Source: Candidatus Omnitrophota bacterium (GTDB taxonomy: Bacteria > Omnitrophota > Gorgyraeia > 2-01-FULL-45-10). Taken from it: a stretch of DNA of 62,945 nt. Below are positions 25,489-35,710 of this stretch, one piece after another. A program made the translations under genes and the position numbers. Every line of letters begins with the position of its first letter. Position 1 is the stretch's first letter. The stretch covers positions 1 through 62,945 of the forward strand of contig JBAZKH010000009.1 of assembly GCA_041650935.1 (NCBI GenBank), in the 5' to 3' direction. The notes under the pieces are model-generated. The model saw only the letters and a list, made by a program, of their open reading frames with translations, had not been told where the DNA came from and ran no database searches.

Positions 25489-26829
25489 ATGAAGATAGCT
25501 TTTGTATTTCCTGGTATAGGGGAGACGGGTTTTGCCAAGATAAAACAGCCAATCTCCTTTGGCTGCATAAACCACGGCCTCTGTTCCTTAAGCGCATGCG
25601 CCAAAAAAGCCGGGCATGAAACCTGCCTTATAGACTTGAGGGAACTATCCTCCTGGGCGGATTTTACCGAAGACCTGAAGAGGTTTTCTCCCGATGTCGT
25701 TGCCATAACGGTCATGAGCGTCGATTTCGATTATGCCGTTGGCGCATGCCGGAAAGCGAAAGAGTCCCTGCCTAAAGTAAAGGTTGTAGTCGGCGGTCCG
25801 CATCCCAGCATAATGCCGGAAGAGTTTACTTTGAATAGCGATATCGATCATATCGTCGTCGGCGAGGGCGAGACGAGTTTTGTAAAACTGCTTGCGGATA
25901 TTGGGCGGGGCCTTTCAAAAGAGAAAATTATAATAGGGGAGCATCCCGATCTTGACAGTCTTCCTTTTGCCGACAGGGAGCTCTTCCGGTTCAAAGAATC
26001 GCCCATAGAAAGCTTCCTTGAGCGGCCATTTATTACGTTGATAGCCGGCAGGGGATGTATGTACAACTGCAGTTTCTGCCAGCCCGCCGAACGGAAAATA
26101 TTCGGCAACAAAGTAAGGCGCAGGACGGTCGATAATGTCATAAGAGAACTCGACGAGCTCCGCGGCAGGTATAATTTCCGGAGTTTTATGTTCCACGACG
26201 ACTGTCTTACCGAGGACAGGGACTGGATCGAAAAGTTCTGCGCAGAATACAGGCGGAACGGTTTTAAGGCGCCTTTCGTCTGCCAGAGCAGGGCCGATAT
26301 AATATGTAGGAACGAGGGGATGATCCGGACGATGAAGAAGGCCGGATTGGGGATGTTCCTGATAGGGTTCGAAAGCGGCAACAACCGTATTTTAAAACTC
26401 CTGCGGAAAGGTTCGACGGCCGAAACTAATTACCGCGCCGCAAAAATTTGCAGGAGATACGGCATAAGGATGTGGGCCAATTACATGCTCGGTATCCCGA
26501 CGGAGACCAGGGAAGAGGCGATGGATACGGTTAAAATGATACGGGCGATAAAGCCGTACCGGGCAAGCCCGTCATTCTTTACGCCGCACCCGGGCAGCGA
26601 CCTCTATGACTATTGCGTTAAGAACAACCTCTCGCTTATAAAAAACCACAGTGACTATTCGCGCGCGCCGATCCTGCCCAAAATAAAAGGCATAGATTAT
26701 GGATTTTTACGCGATGCCGTTGCGCTCTCTACCAAACGCTCTTTTCCGGAGCGCCTATATTTGAGATATGATTTCATAATGGAGAGGAAGGTAAAGCACA
26801 TTTTGCGCAAATTTAGCGGCGGTCTTTAG
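25489..26829 (+). CDS. B12-binding-domain radical SAM protein
   Basis: 446 aa with a B12 domain (PDVVAITVMS...VVVGGPH) followed by AGRGCMYNCSFC. Confidence 0.85.
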   Translation: MKIAFVFPGIGETGFAKIKQPISFGCINHGLCSLSACAKKAGHETCLIDLRELSSWADFTEDLKRFSPDVVAITVMSVDFDYAVGACRKAKESLPKVKVVVGGPHPSIMPEEFTLNSDIDHIVVGEGETSFVKLLADIGRGLSKEKIIIGEHPDLDSLPFADRELFRFKESPIESFLERPFITLIAGRGCMYNCSFCQPAERKIFGNKVRRRTVDNVIRELDELRGRYNFRSFMFHDDCLTEDRDWIEKFCAEYRRNGFKAPFVCQSRADIICRNEGMIRTMKKAGLGMFLIGFESGNNRILKLLRKGSTAETNYRAAKICRRYGIRMWANYMLGIPTETREEAMDTVKMIRAIKPYRASPSFFTPHPGSDLYDYCVKNNLSLIKNHSDYSRAPILPKIKGIDYGFLRDAVALSTKRSFPERLYLRYDFIMERKVKHILRKFSGGL

Positions 26830-29800
26830 GCAACCCTCGGAGAACGTCTTAAGTCGCGCGGCAGGACGAAGATAAATTTGCTGCCCTTCCCGGCGGAACT
26901 CTCTAAAGACATCTTTCCCTTGTGAAGCTCTATTATTTCTTTGGCTATCGGAAGCCCCAGGCCGGTCCCTTCCTGCTTTTCGGCTGTAACGCGTTCGAAC
27001 TTGTCGAAGACCTTCTCGATGTCTTCCTGTGCGATACCCGGCCCGGTATCGGATATCTCGAAACGTATCCTATCGTCATCGCCGCTTAAATTTATAGCTA
27101 TGCCGCCGCCTGACGGCGTATATTTTATGGCGTTACTTAATAGATTTACGATAACCTCCGTTATTTTATCCATATCTCCCCAGATAAAGCCTATATCCTT
27201 CTGGATGTTTGTTGTAAGGATCATCCGTTTTTCGGCAATATCGATCTCATAGGTCTTCAATATATCGTTTACCAGCGCCCGGATATCTATCTCCTGCCTG
27301 GCAAGCTCCATCCTGCCGGCCTCTATCTTCGAAAGGTCCAGCAGATCCGTTACCAGCCGGATCAGTCTTTCTATGTTAGACCGCGCCCTCCCGAGCAATT
27401 CTTTCTGTTTCTCGGAGATCGCGCCTACTATACCATCGAGCATTATGCCGAGCGATGCCTTTATGGTGGCCAGCGGGTTTTTGAATTCATGCGAAACATT
27501 GGCTACGAAATACGATTTTCGCTTATCCAGCTCCTTCAATTTTTCGTTGGCTTCCTCGATCGCTTTCGTCATCCTGACGCGCTCGGTGACATTCCTGATT
27601 ATATGGACGGTGCCGATAACCTCTTTTTTATCATCGAATATAGGAGAGGTGGACGCTTCGATATATATACCAAGATGAGGTTCAAACGTTTCTATGGTTT
27701 GGGGTAATTTGGTCTCCAGTGTCTTTTTATGCGGGCAACCCGGATAAGGCTCATGAGTGCCATGGACCACTTCATAACATATCTTGCCGACCAGTTTTTC
27801 GGGTGTTGTCTTGAAAAAATCCGCAAAGGCCTTATTTACTTTAACTGCCCTGTAATTTTTGTCATAGATGGAAATAAGGTCCGGAATAGAATTGAAAGTA
27901 GCTTCCCACTCCTCCGCCGTTTCGGCTAATTTCGTCTCAAAGATAGATTGTTGGATAGTGAAAGCCGTGGAACTGCTTATGCTGTCCAGGAGCGAGTCTT
28001 CGGCGGTGAGTATCGGGTGTTTGGCGAAGAGGGCCAGGACGCCTATAGTCTCTCCGCTGGGAACCCGCAACTGATAACCTACGAACGAAACGAGACCCAA
28101 TTTGCGCGCCCATTCGTGATCGTGCACACGAGGATCGTTCGGCACATCATTCGTCAGGAATTTGTGGTCTTTACCAGAAGCGACGCGCCCGATCTTGTAA
28201 CAATCGAAAGGGACGCGCCGGTGGCTTTTACCGTCTATGTGCGTATACCTGCCGGAGCTTGTCATTAAATGCAGGCATTTATCGCGGAAACGGCAGACAT
28301 GCGGACCTTCCTTGACCGCCGCATGAACGCATCCTTTATCACACAGGTCTCCGGGCCGGATCAGCCATATCCGGCAAAAATCGGCGTCGAAAATACGCAC
28401 AATGCCATCGGTTATGATCTTGAGTTTATTTTCCAGCACATTCGGCACAAGAAGCGACTGTTGAAGCGCGTTAATCTCCTCTTCCTGTTTCTGGATCTTT
28501 TTAAGGGCATTTTCAGCATTCTTGCGTTCGGTGATATCCCTTCCCTCCGCAACCATGAAGACGATAGTGCCTTTTTCATCTTTGCCCGGTTTAAGAGAGA
28601 AATCTATATAATGGAGCCCGCCGTCTTTTGCCAGATGTGTCGTCTCGAAGCGCACGAACTCTTCCCTGGATACTTTATCTATGGCGTTACGCAGTCTTTT
28701 CTGTTCCTCGGCCGAATGTGTCCACCATGGAGTTTCCCAAAAAGGCTTATGCAGAATATCCGATTCTTTGAACCCTATAAAGCTCAACGCCGCCCTGTTT
28801 ATCTCTATTACGTTCCCATTAAAATCGAGTAACGCGATGAATTGGAATGTCTGGTCGATAATGGCCCTTATTTTACGCGCGCTATCTATAATAACTTCTT
28901 CCGCCTTTTTGCGTTCAAATATTTCCCTATTGAGGTTTTCGATGGAAGTAGTCGTGTGTTTTAGATCATACGTCATCTTGTCGAATGCGCGCGCGAGCTG
29001 GCCGATCTCATCTTTTGCTCCGGTAGCAACCTTATAATCCAGGTTGCCCGCGCCGATTATCTCGGCACCTTTGTGCAGGCGGTGTATGGGTTTTGTGATG
29101 ATCGTGGAGAGAAATATTCCGCCTAACCACGTCACAAACGGCGCTGCAAACAAGACGATCAGGAACAGTATGCCGATCTTTATAAGAGGCAATAGCGCTT
29201 CGCGCTCGTCTATCTCGGCCAACAGGCACCATTCCATTTCCGGTATATACGCATGCGTCCCCAGCGCCACGGAACCCCTGTAATCCGGATAGACAGTTAT
29301 GCGTTCTTTTACTTTTATTTCTTTTTTTTCTTTGTGCTGTAACAGGCAGTTTTCGAAATTTTTGCCGCCGATCCTCTGTCTCAAAAAAGTATTCCCCAGG
29401 AATCTGGACGGAGTTATCATGTAGCCGTCTTTGTTGACTATGTATATTTCCCCTGTCTTGCCAAGGCCAGTACGGTCGGTGGTTATCTTGTTCAGGTCTT
29501 TAAGTTCGACTCTTGCGGCCAGCACGCCGAGAAACTCCCCGGTCTTGCTGTTGAACATAGGGGTGGAAACGGCCATGAGGGGTTTTTTCAAAGTTTCGGA
29601 GTAATAAGGATCTTTTATGTAAGGCGTCTTTTGGCCGTGTATGAAAAAAGCATCCGTAGATTTGTCTGTACCGATGCTTTCGTACCTGTTTGAGGCAATA
29701 ACTATCCCCGATCTATCCAGTACTAAAAATTCATCTACCGAAGGGTTGACTTCTTTTGTCCGGCTAAGCCGCACCATCGCCGTGTCAAACGCTTCTTTAT

Positions 29801-30116
29801 AGAGCTTTGGATTGTCTTTGTTTATCTTTAAAAAGTTTTCCAGGACGACGCTCTTTGATAGCTGTGCTATGGAAGTTTTTAGCATCATCAGGTACGTTTC
29901 GACATGATGCGCTCTTGCTTCGGTTATGGAACTCAGGCGCAAACCTATCTCGTTTCGGAGATGTCTTTTCGCTATCAGGTAGGCAGTCGATGCGGCTATT
30001 GTGGTGACGATGATGGATAATATCAAGAAGGAGACACTTATTTTTGTGGCTATCTTCATATCTGTTAAAGTATAGCATAAATAAATAACATTTGCCTTGT
30101 ATTTAGGTAGTTTCAT
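26826..30116 (-). CDS. multi-domain sensor histidine kinase (Cache-like periplasmic domain, HAMP, PAS, GAF, PAS, HisKA, HATPase)
   Basis: 1096 aa with two TM segments flanking a periplasmic domain, H-box SHEFKNPLATI and a C-terminal N/G1/G2 ATPase block (DTGPGI, GTGLGL). An alternative start lies at 30059 (MKIATK). Confidence 0.9.
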   Translation of the reverse strand: MKLPKYKANVIYLCYTLTDMKIATKISVSFLILSIIVTTIAASTAYLIAKRHLRNEIGLRLSSITEARAHHVETYLMMLKTSIAQLSKSVVLENFLKINKDNPKLYKEAFDTAMVRLSRTKEVNPSVDEFLVLDRSGIVIASNRYESIGTDKSTDAFFIHGQKTPYIKDPYYSETLKKPLMAVSTPMFNSKTGEFLGVLAARVELKDLNKITTDRTGLGKTGEIYIVNKDGYMITPSRFLGNTFLRQRIGGKNFENCLLQHKEKKEIKVKERITVYPDYRGSVALGTHAYIPEMEWCLLAEIDEREALLPLIKIGILFLIVLFAAPFVTWLGGIFLSTIITKPIHRLHKGAEIIGAGNLDYKVATGAKDEIGQLARAFDKMTYDLKHTTTSIENLNREIFERKKAEEVIIDSARKIRAIIDQTFQFIALLDFNGNVIEINRAALSFIGFKESDILHKPFWETPWWTHSAEEQKRLRNAIDKVSREEFVRFETTHLAKDGGLHYIDFSLKPGKDEKGTIVFMVAEGRDITERKNAENALKKIQKQEEEINALQQSLLVPNVLENKLKIITDGIVRIFDADFCRIWLIRPGDLCDKGCVHAAVKEGPHVCRFRDKCLHLMTSSGRYTHIDGKSHRRVPFDCYKIGRVASGKDHKFLTNDVPNDPRVHDHEWARKLGLVSFVGYQLRVPSGETIGVLALFAKHPILTAEDSLLDSISSSTAFTIQQSIFETKLAETAEEWEATFNSIPDLISIYDKNYRAVKVNKAFADFFKTTPEKLVGKICYEVVHGTHEPYPGCPHKKTLETKLPQTIETFEPHLGIYIEASTSPIFDDKKEVIGTVHIIRNVTERVRMTKAIEEANEKLKELDKRKSYFVANVSHEFKNPLATIKASLGIMLDGIVGAISEKQKELLGRARSNIERLIRLVTDLLDLSKIEAGRMELARQEIDIRALVNDILKTYEIDIAEKRMILTTNIQKDIGFIWGDMDKITEVIVNLLSNAIKYTPSGGGIAINLSGDDDRIRFEISDTGPGIAQEDIEKVFDKFERVTAEKQEGTGLGLPIAKEIIELHKGKMSLESSAGKGSKFIFVLPRDLRRSPRVA

Positions 30117-30146
30117 GCTAAAATACCTTAATTTAAAGGGGGTTAT

Positions 30147-33100
30147 ATGCCAAGGCGCTCAGACATTAAGAAGGTGCTGATAATAGGATCCGGCCCGATA
30201 ATCATAGGACAGGCGTGCGAATTCGACTATTCGGGCACGCAGGCCTGCAAGGCCCTCAGGGAAGAAGGCTATGAGGTAGTCCTGGTCAATTCTAATCCCG
30301 CGACCATCATGACCGACCCGGGTATGGCCGATAAGACATACATAGAGCCGCTCACCATCGAGAGCCTGGAGAGGATCATAGCAAAAGAGCGGCCGGATGC
30401 GCTTCTTCCGAACCTGGGCGGGCAGACGGGGTTGAACCTTGCCTCGAGCCTGCATAAGGAAGGGGTGCTTAAGAAATATGGCGTCAAGATAATAGGCGTA
30501 AAGGCCGACGCGATCGAGCGCGGTGAGGATCGCGAAGCGTTTAAAGCGACGATGAAGAAGCTGGGCATATCCGTCCCGCGTTCCGAGACGTGCCATTCGG
30601 TCGAAGAGGCGAAGGCGGTTGCCGGGCGGCTCGGTTATCCAGTCGTAGTCAGGCCGGCATACACAATGGGCGGCACGGGCGGCGGCATCGCGTATAACAA
30701 TGAGGAACTCGAGACAATAGCCGCAAGAGGCATCGCGGCCAGCATTATACACCAGGTTCTGATCGAAGAGTCCGTAATCGGCTGGGAAGAGCTTGAACTT
30801 GAAGTCGTCAGAGACGAGAAGAACCGGAAGATAACGGTATGTTTCATAGAAAATATAGACGCCATGGGTGTGCATACCGGGGATAGCTTCTGTGTGGCGC
30901 CCATGCTGACGGTGCCCGAGAAACTGCAGAAGAAGATGCAGGCCCTCTCCTACAAGATAGTGGACGCTATCGGCGTCGTCGGCGGGACAAACATACAGTT
31001 TGCCCACAACCCCAAAGACGACAGGCTGGTCGCAATAGAGATAAACCCCCGCACTTCGCGTTCGTCAGCGCTTGCCTCGAAGGCCACAGGCTTTCCTATC
31101 GCACGCATCTCCACGAAACTCGCGTCAGGCCTTACCCTGGACGAGATCCCGTACTGGCGCAAAAGTACTCTCGATAAGTACGAGCCGAGCGGTAATTACG
31201 TCGTCATAAAATTTGCGCGATGGGCCTTCGAGAAGTTCCCGCAGGCCAGGGATATCCTTGGCACCCAGATGAAGGCTGTCGGAGAGGTCATGAGCATAGG
31301 TAAGACGTTCAAAGAGGCGCTGCAAAAAGCGGTCCGGTCGCTCGAGAACAAGCGTTACGGGATGGGTTTCCTGAAGAATTTCAACACGCTGTCGGCGGAC
31401 GAACTGCTCAGGCTGCTTGCTTTCCCCTCGAGTGAACGCGTATTCCTGATGTATGAGGCGCTGCGGAAGAACGTAAGCGTAGATGAATTGAACCGCATAA
31501 CTCATATAGGCAAGTACTTTATAAACGAGATGAAGGAGCTGGTGGAATTCGAAGAGCGGATGCGTCTCTCGCCGTGGAGCGCGTTTACGGACGCGGACCT
31601 TAAGAAGGCCAAGGAATGGGGATTTGCCGATAAGTATCTGGCGCGGCTATTCAGCGTCAAGGAATCGATGGTACGCAAAAAACGATACGAACTTATGGGG
31701 AATGCGCGTTATGAGCCGGTCCCGGTAAGCGGCGTAAAGGACGCGGCCTACTACTACTCCACTTATTCGGCCGGCAAAGATATGGTGCCGGTTTCCGGCA
31801 GGAAGAAGATAATGATCCTGGGTGGCGGGCCGAACAGGATAGGCCAGGGGATCGAATTCGACTACACATGCGTCCATGCGGCTTTTGCCCTGCGCGACGA
31901 AGGTTACGATTCCGTAATGGTTAACTGTAACCCGGAGACGGTCTCGACGGATTACGACACGTCCAATAAGCTCTATTTCGAGCCGCTGACGGTCGAAGAC
32001 GTGCTCGCGATCTACCAGAAGGAGCGGCCGGATGGCGTGATAGTGCAGTTCGGAGGGCAGACCCCTCTTAATATAGCGCAGGAGCTCGAGGAGAACGGCG
32101 TGAAGATACTCGGCACAAGCCCGCAGAGCATTGCCTTTGCCGAGGACCGCGAACTCTTCCGCAGGAAGATGATAGAGCTTGGTATACGCCAGACGGAAGG
32201 CGAGACGGCCTTCTCGCTCGATGAGGCGATAGCGATAGCCAGCAGGATAGGGTATCCGCTTATGGTCCGGCCGTCGTTTGTGCTCGGCGGCAGGGGCATG
32301 GAGATCATATACGACGAGTCGACGCTCCGCAAGTATGCCGAAGAGGCGATAAAAGTGAGCCCGGAACATCCGATGCTCCTCGACAGGTTTCTCGAAGACG
32401 CTCTCGAGTGCGAAGTCGATGCCCTCTCCGACGGCGAAGAGACGTTCATTGCCGCTGTGATGGAGCATATCGAAGAGGCCGGCATACATTCCGGCGACTC
32501 TGCGTGCTCGATCCCCCCGCGCACGATAAAGGCCGAACACCTGAAGACGATCGAGCAGTATACGAAGAAGATCACGAAAGAATTAAAGGTCGTCGGCCTC
32601 ATCAATATCCAATTCGCGATATGTAAAGACGAGGTATATATCCTCGAGGCCAACCCGCGCGCCTCGCGTACGGTGCCTTTTGTATCGAAAGTCGTAGGGA
32701 TACCAATCGCGCGGGTGGCGACACAGCTCATGATGGGACGGAAGATCGGCAGTTTCCCGGAATTGCGCCACAAAAAACTCGAATATGTTGGAGTGAAAGA
32801 GGCGGTCTTCCCTTTCAACATGTTTCCGGAGGTCGATCCTATTCTCGGGCCGGAGATGAGGGCGACCGGTGAAGTTATGGGTATAGCTAAGACTTTCGGG
32901 CTGGCGTTTTATAAGGCCGAAGAAGCTGCGGGAGCATGCCTGCCCAAGAGCGGCAACGTCCTTCTTACCGTAGCGGATAAGGATAAACGCGAACTCGTCA
33001 ACGTAGCCAAGCGCCTGCATGAAATGAAATTTTCGCTATATGCGACGGAGCATACACATAAGTATTTGAGCGAAAAAGGCGTAACGACCCAGCTTGTTAA

Positions 33101-33365
33101 TAAGCTGCATGAGGGCAGACCCGACATTGCCGATGCCATAAAGAACAGGCAGCTTAACCTTATCATCAATACGCCCATGGGAAGATACGGTAAGGACGAT
33201 GACAGCTACATCCGCATGATGGCGATCCAGTACAAGATACCTTATATTACGACGATGGCTGCCGCCAAGGCCGCCGTCGACGGGATAAAAGAGGTAAGAG
33301 AAGGAGAGGATAAGCCTATGGCTCTCCAGGAGTATCATCATAAAATTTCGAAAGACAAAGAATAG
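30147..33365 (+). CDS. carB: carbamoyl-phosphate synthase large subunit
   Basis: 1072 aa with duplicated ATP-grasp halves (IIGSGPIIIGQACEFDYSG and ILGGGPNRIGQGIEFDY) and an MGS-like C-terminus. Confidence 0.98.
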   Translation: MPRRSDIKKVLIIGSGPIIIGQACEFDYSGTQACKALREEGYEVVLVNSNPATIMTDPGMADKTYIEPLTIESLERIIAKERPDALLPNLGGQTGLNLASSLHKEGVLKKYGVKIIGVKADAIERGEDREAFKATMKKLGISVPRSETCHSVEEAKAVAGRLGYPVVVRPAYTMGGTGGGIAYNNEELETIAARGIAASIIHQVLIEESVIGWEELELEVVRDEKNRKITVCFIENIDAMGVHTGDSFCVAPMLTVPEKLQKKMQALSYKIVDAIGVVGGTNIQFAHNPKDDRLVAIEINPRTSRSSALASKATGFPIARISTKLASGLTLDEIPYWRKSTLDKYEPSGNYVVIKFARWAFEKFPQARDILGTQMKAVGEVMSIGKTFKEALQKAVRSLENKRYGMGFLKNFNTLSADELLRLLAFPSSERVFLMYEALRKNVSVDELNRITHIGKYFINEMKELVEFEERMRLSPWSAFTDADLKKAKEWGFADKYLARLFSVKESMVRKKRYELMGNARYEPVPVSGVKDAAYYYSTYSAGKDMVPVSGRKKIMILGGGPNRIGQGIEFDYTCVHAAFALRDEGYDSVMVNCNPETVSTDYDTSNKLYFEPLTVEDVLAIYQKERPDGVIVQFGGQTPLNIAQELEENGVKILGTSPQSIAFAEDRELFRRKMIELGIRQTEGETAFSLDEAIAIASRIGYPLMVRPSFVLGGRGMEIIYDESTLRKYAEEAIKVSPEHPMLLDRFLEDALECEVDALSDGEETFIAAVMEHIEEAGIHSGDSACSIPPRTIKAEHLKTIEQYTKKITKELKVVGLINIQFAICKDEVYILEANPRASRTVPFVSKVVGIPIARVATQLMMGRKIGSFPELRHKKLEYVGVKEAVFPFNMFPEVDPILGPEMRATGEVMGIAKTFGLAFYKAEEAAGACLPKSGNVLLTVADKDKRELVNVAKRLHEMKFSLYATEHTHKYLSEKGVTTQLVNKLHEGRPDIADAIKNRQLNLIINTPMGRYGKDDDSYIRMMAIQYKIPYITTMAAAKAAVDGIKEVREGEDKPMALQEYHHKISKDKE

Positions 33366-33427
33366 GCTGCTACTGCGAGGTAACCACGCTCTCCGGTATT
33401 AAGAAAAATGTTATTTTAGCCGCAATA

Positions 33428-35011
33428 TTGTGTTCGGCGGGTTTTATCGTCTATTCCCGCGCATTGGGCGGCGCTTTCCAGCTCGACGATTACAGGGTGA
33501 TCGTCGATAACCCGGCCATAAAGGATATCTCCAACCTGCAGCGGATCTGGGAATTTTGGCCTACCCGTTTTATTACCAACCTTTCGTTTGCCGCCAACTT
33601 CCGCCTGGAGCGCTTCAATGTTTTCTATTACCATCTATTCAACATGATCATCCATCTCGGCGCGGCGATCCTGGTCTGGAGGCTTACGTTCCTGACCTTT
33701 CTCGCCCCCGCAATTAAGGGCGAAAAGATTGCCGGGCAAAAGGAGATGCTCTCTTTTTTTGCCGGCCTGGTATTCGTCCTGCATCCGGTCCAGACCGAAG
33801 CGGTCAGCTATATCGTCCAGCGCGCCACATCCCTTGCCGCGTTCTTCTGCCTCGCCTCGCTCTATCTTTATATCAAATCGAGACTGGCAGAGTCCGGCAC
33901 CGGCCCGTCGGGCCGGCAGAGATATTACTATGCCGCGTCGCTTGTTCTAGCGGTTGCGGCGGCGTTTACGAAAGAGATGGCGGTAATCCTGCCTCTAATA
34001 ATATTATTATACGAATTTATCTTCTTAAAATGCGATAAACCGCTGCGTTGGCAAAGGCTCGTCCCATTCATCATAGTTATCTTCATCGTTCCCGTTACAA
34101 TGTTCGCAACAAGGTCGGTAGATTTTAAAGAGATGCGGCTGATTTCCGAGGGCCCGTCGGGGATATCGCCGGTCCGATATCTTTTGACGCAAACCAGGGT
34201 TGCCATTACCTATATGAGGCTCCTCTTTGCCCCGCTAAACCAGAACGTGGATTACGATTATCATGTTGCAAAAACCATTATGGAATGGCCGGTTCTGGCT
34301 GGCATCGTTATTATAATATTTATACTGATAGTGGCGATAAAGATACTGCCGAAATATAGGTTACTTTCGTTCGGCGTCTTCTTCTTTTTCCTCACGCTCC
34401 TGCCGGAATCGAGCGTCATCCCGATAGCGGACGTAATCTTCGAACACAGGCTCTATCTGCCGATGGCAGGATACGCAATATTTTTATCGGCGGCCGTCTA
34501 TTATATTTTCGGACGTAGTAGCCGTAAAACGATGGGCGCCGCGATGCTCGTTATGGTCGTCATTTATTCGCCGCTTACTTACTGCCGGAACGCCGTATGG
34601 GAGAGCAAATTGGCCTTATGGGATGACGCCGTCCGGAAATCTCCCGATAAAAGCCGGCCTTATAACAACCGGGGTTTTGCTTACATGGAGAAGGGCGATT
34701 TCGATGCGGCCATGCGGGATTTCAAAAAAGCTATAGCGCTTGAGTCCAGCTCCGACGCCGGGTATTATTATAATCTGGGCAACGTCTATAATGTAAAGGG
34801 CCGTTTAAGCGAGGCGATCTTTAACTATAATGAAGCGATCCGGATAAATCCCGGATACGCCGAAGCATACATACAAAGGGCCGTTGCATATTTCAAGAAT
34901 GGTGATTATGCGGCCAGTCTCGAAGACGTATGCAAGCTCGAGTCGATGGGCTGTTATGTGCCTGCCGGCTTCCGCGAAAAACTGAATGATGCGATGAAGG
35001 AGAGTAAGTGA
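33428..35011 (+). CDS. polytopic membrane protein with C-terminal TPR repeats (TMTC/PMT-like GT-C architecture)
   Basis: 527 aa with about 10 TM segments followed by 3-4 TPR units (YNNRGFAYMEKGDFDAAMRDFKKAI...). The frame stays open upstream to carB. The true start may be upstream (K-K-N-V-I-L-A-A is encoded just 5' of the TTG at 33428). Confidence 0.7.
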   Translation: MCSAGFIVYSRALGGAFQLDDYRVIVDNPAIKDISNLQRIWEFWPTRFITNLSFAANFRLERFNVFYYHLFNMIIHLGAAILVWRLTFLTFLAPAIKGEKIAGQKEMLSFFAGLVFVLHPVQTEAVSYIVQRATSLAAFFCLASLYLYIKSRLAESGTGPSGRQRYYYAASLVLAVAAAFTKEMAVILPLIILLYEFIFLKCDKPLRWQRLVPFIIVIFIVPVTMFATRSVDFKEMRLISEGPSGISPVRYLLTQTRVAITYMRLLFAPLNQNVDYDYHVAKTIMEWPVLAGIVIIIFILIVAIKILPKYRLLSFGVFFFFLTLLPESSVIPIADVIFEHRLYLPMAGYAIFLSAAVYYIFGRSSRKTMGAAMLVMVVIYSPLTYCRNAVWESKLALWDDAVRKSPDKSRPYNNRGFAYMEKGDFDAAMRDFKKAIALESSSDAGYYYNLGNVYNVKGRLSEAIFNYNEAIRINPGYAEAYIQRAVAYFKNGDYAASLEDVCKLESMGCYVPAGFREKLNDAMKESK

Positions 35012-35033
35012 TCGTACTCTCCCGTCAAGATGA

Positions 35034-35065
35034 GCGATGTTTCCACCCCGGGGTGGAAACATCGC
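35034..35065. repeat. perfect 32-nt palindrome
   Basis: gcgatgtttccacccc|ggggtggaaacatcgc lies 23 nt after the stop of the TPR membrane protein. There is no T-tract. Confidence 0.9.
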
Positions 35066-35136
35066 GGAGCGGAGCGGAGAGATTTGCTCTTTTCGCTATA
35101 ATGTAGTATATTAATGGGAAGAAAGGAAGGGGTGGT

Positions 35137-35682
35137 ATGGTAAAGAAACTGGTAGTTGTATTTTGCCTGATCGCTTTTAGCGGACTGGCCGCGGCATTCG
35201 CACAGGAAGAACCCATCGGCCGCATGTTCAAAACCGAGCCGGTGAAAGTCTATATCAAAGAGATCCAAAACCAGTCGGGGCAGAACACGGTGACCCCGGA
35301 GATTTTAAGAAAGGCGCTCGAGCAAAGCCTTAATCAGAGAAGGGCGATAAAGTTCCAGGTTGTAAAAACTCCCGCCGAGAGCGATGTCCAGATAGCGGCC
35401 GTAATAACTAAATATCAGTATCTCGAAAGAGGGCCTTTTAAGCCGAACCCGGGCATAGGAACGATGCTCCTGGAGGCCGCCGCGACAGCAAGCCATAATT
35501 ACGTCGAACTTGCGGTGGATTATACCGTTACGGACGCGCGGGGCGAGAAGCAATTATGGCAGAAGACCATAAGCGAATATATCAAAAAGAATATGACGCC
35601 GGATGAGAGTATCCCGCTTATATGCGATGCAGGCACGAGAGCCTTTGTGTGGAAATGTTTCGGAAAAGCAAGCCTGAAATAA
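35137..35682 (+). CDS. secreted or lipoprotein-like hypothetical protein
   Basis: 181 aa with signal peptide MVKKLVVVFCLIAFSGLAAAFA and a GGAAGGGGTGG SD. A TATAAT sequence lies at about 35097. Confidence 0.5.
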   Translation: MVKKLVVVFCLIAFSGLAAAFAQEEPIGRMFKTEPVKVYIKEIQNQSGQNTVTPEILRKALEQSLNQRRAIKFQVVKTPAESDVQIAAVITKYQYLERGPFKPNPGIGTMLLEAAATASHNYVELAVDYTVTDARGEKQLWQKTISEYIKKNMTPDESIPLICDAGTRAFVWKCFGKASLK

Positions 35683-35710
35683 AAAACGATTGAGAGGTTA
35701 ATAAATTTTT

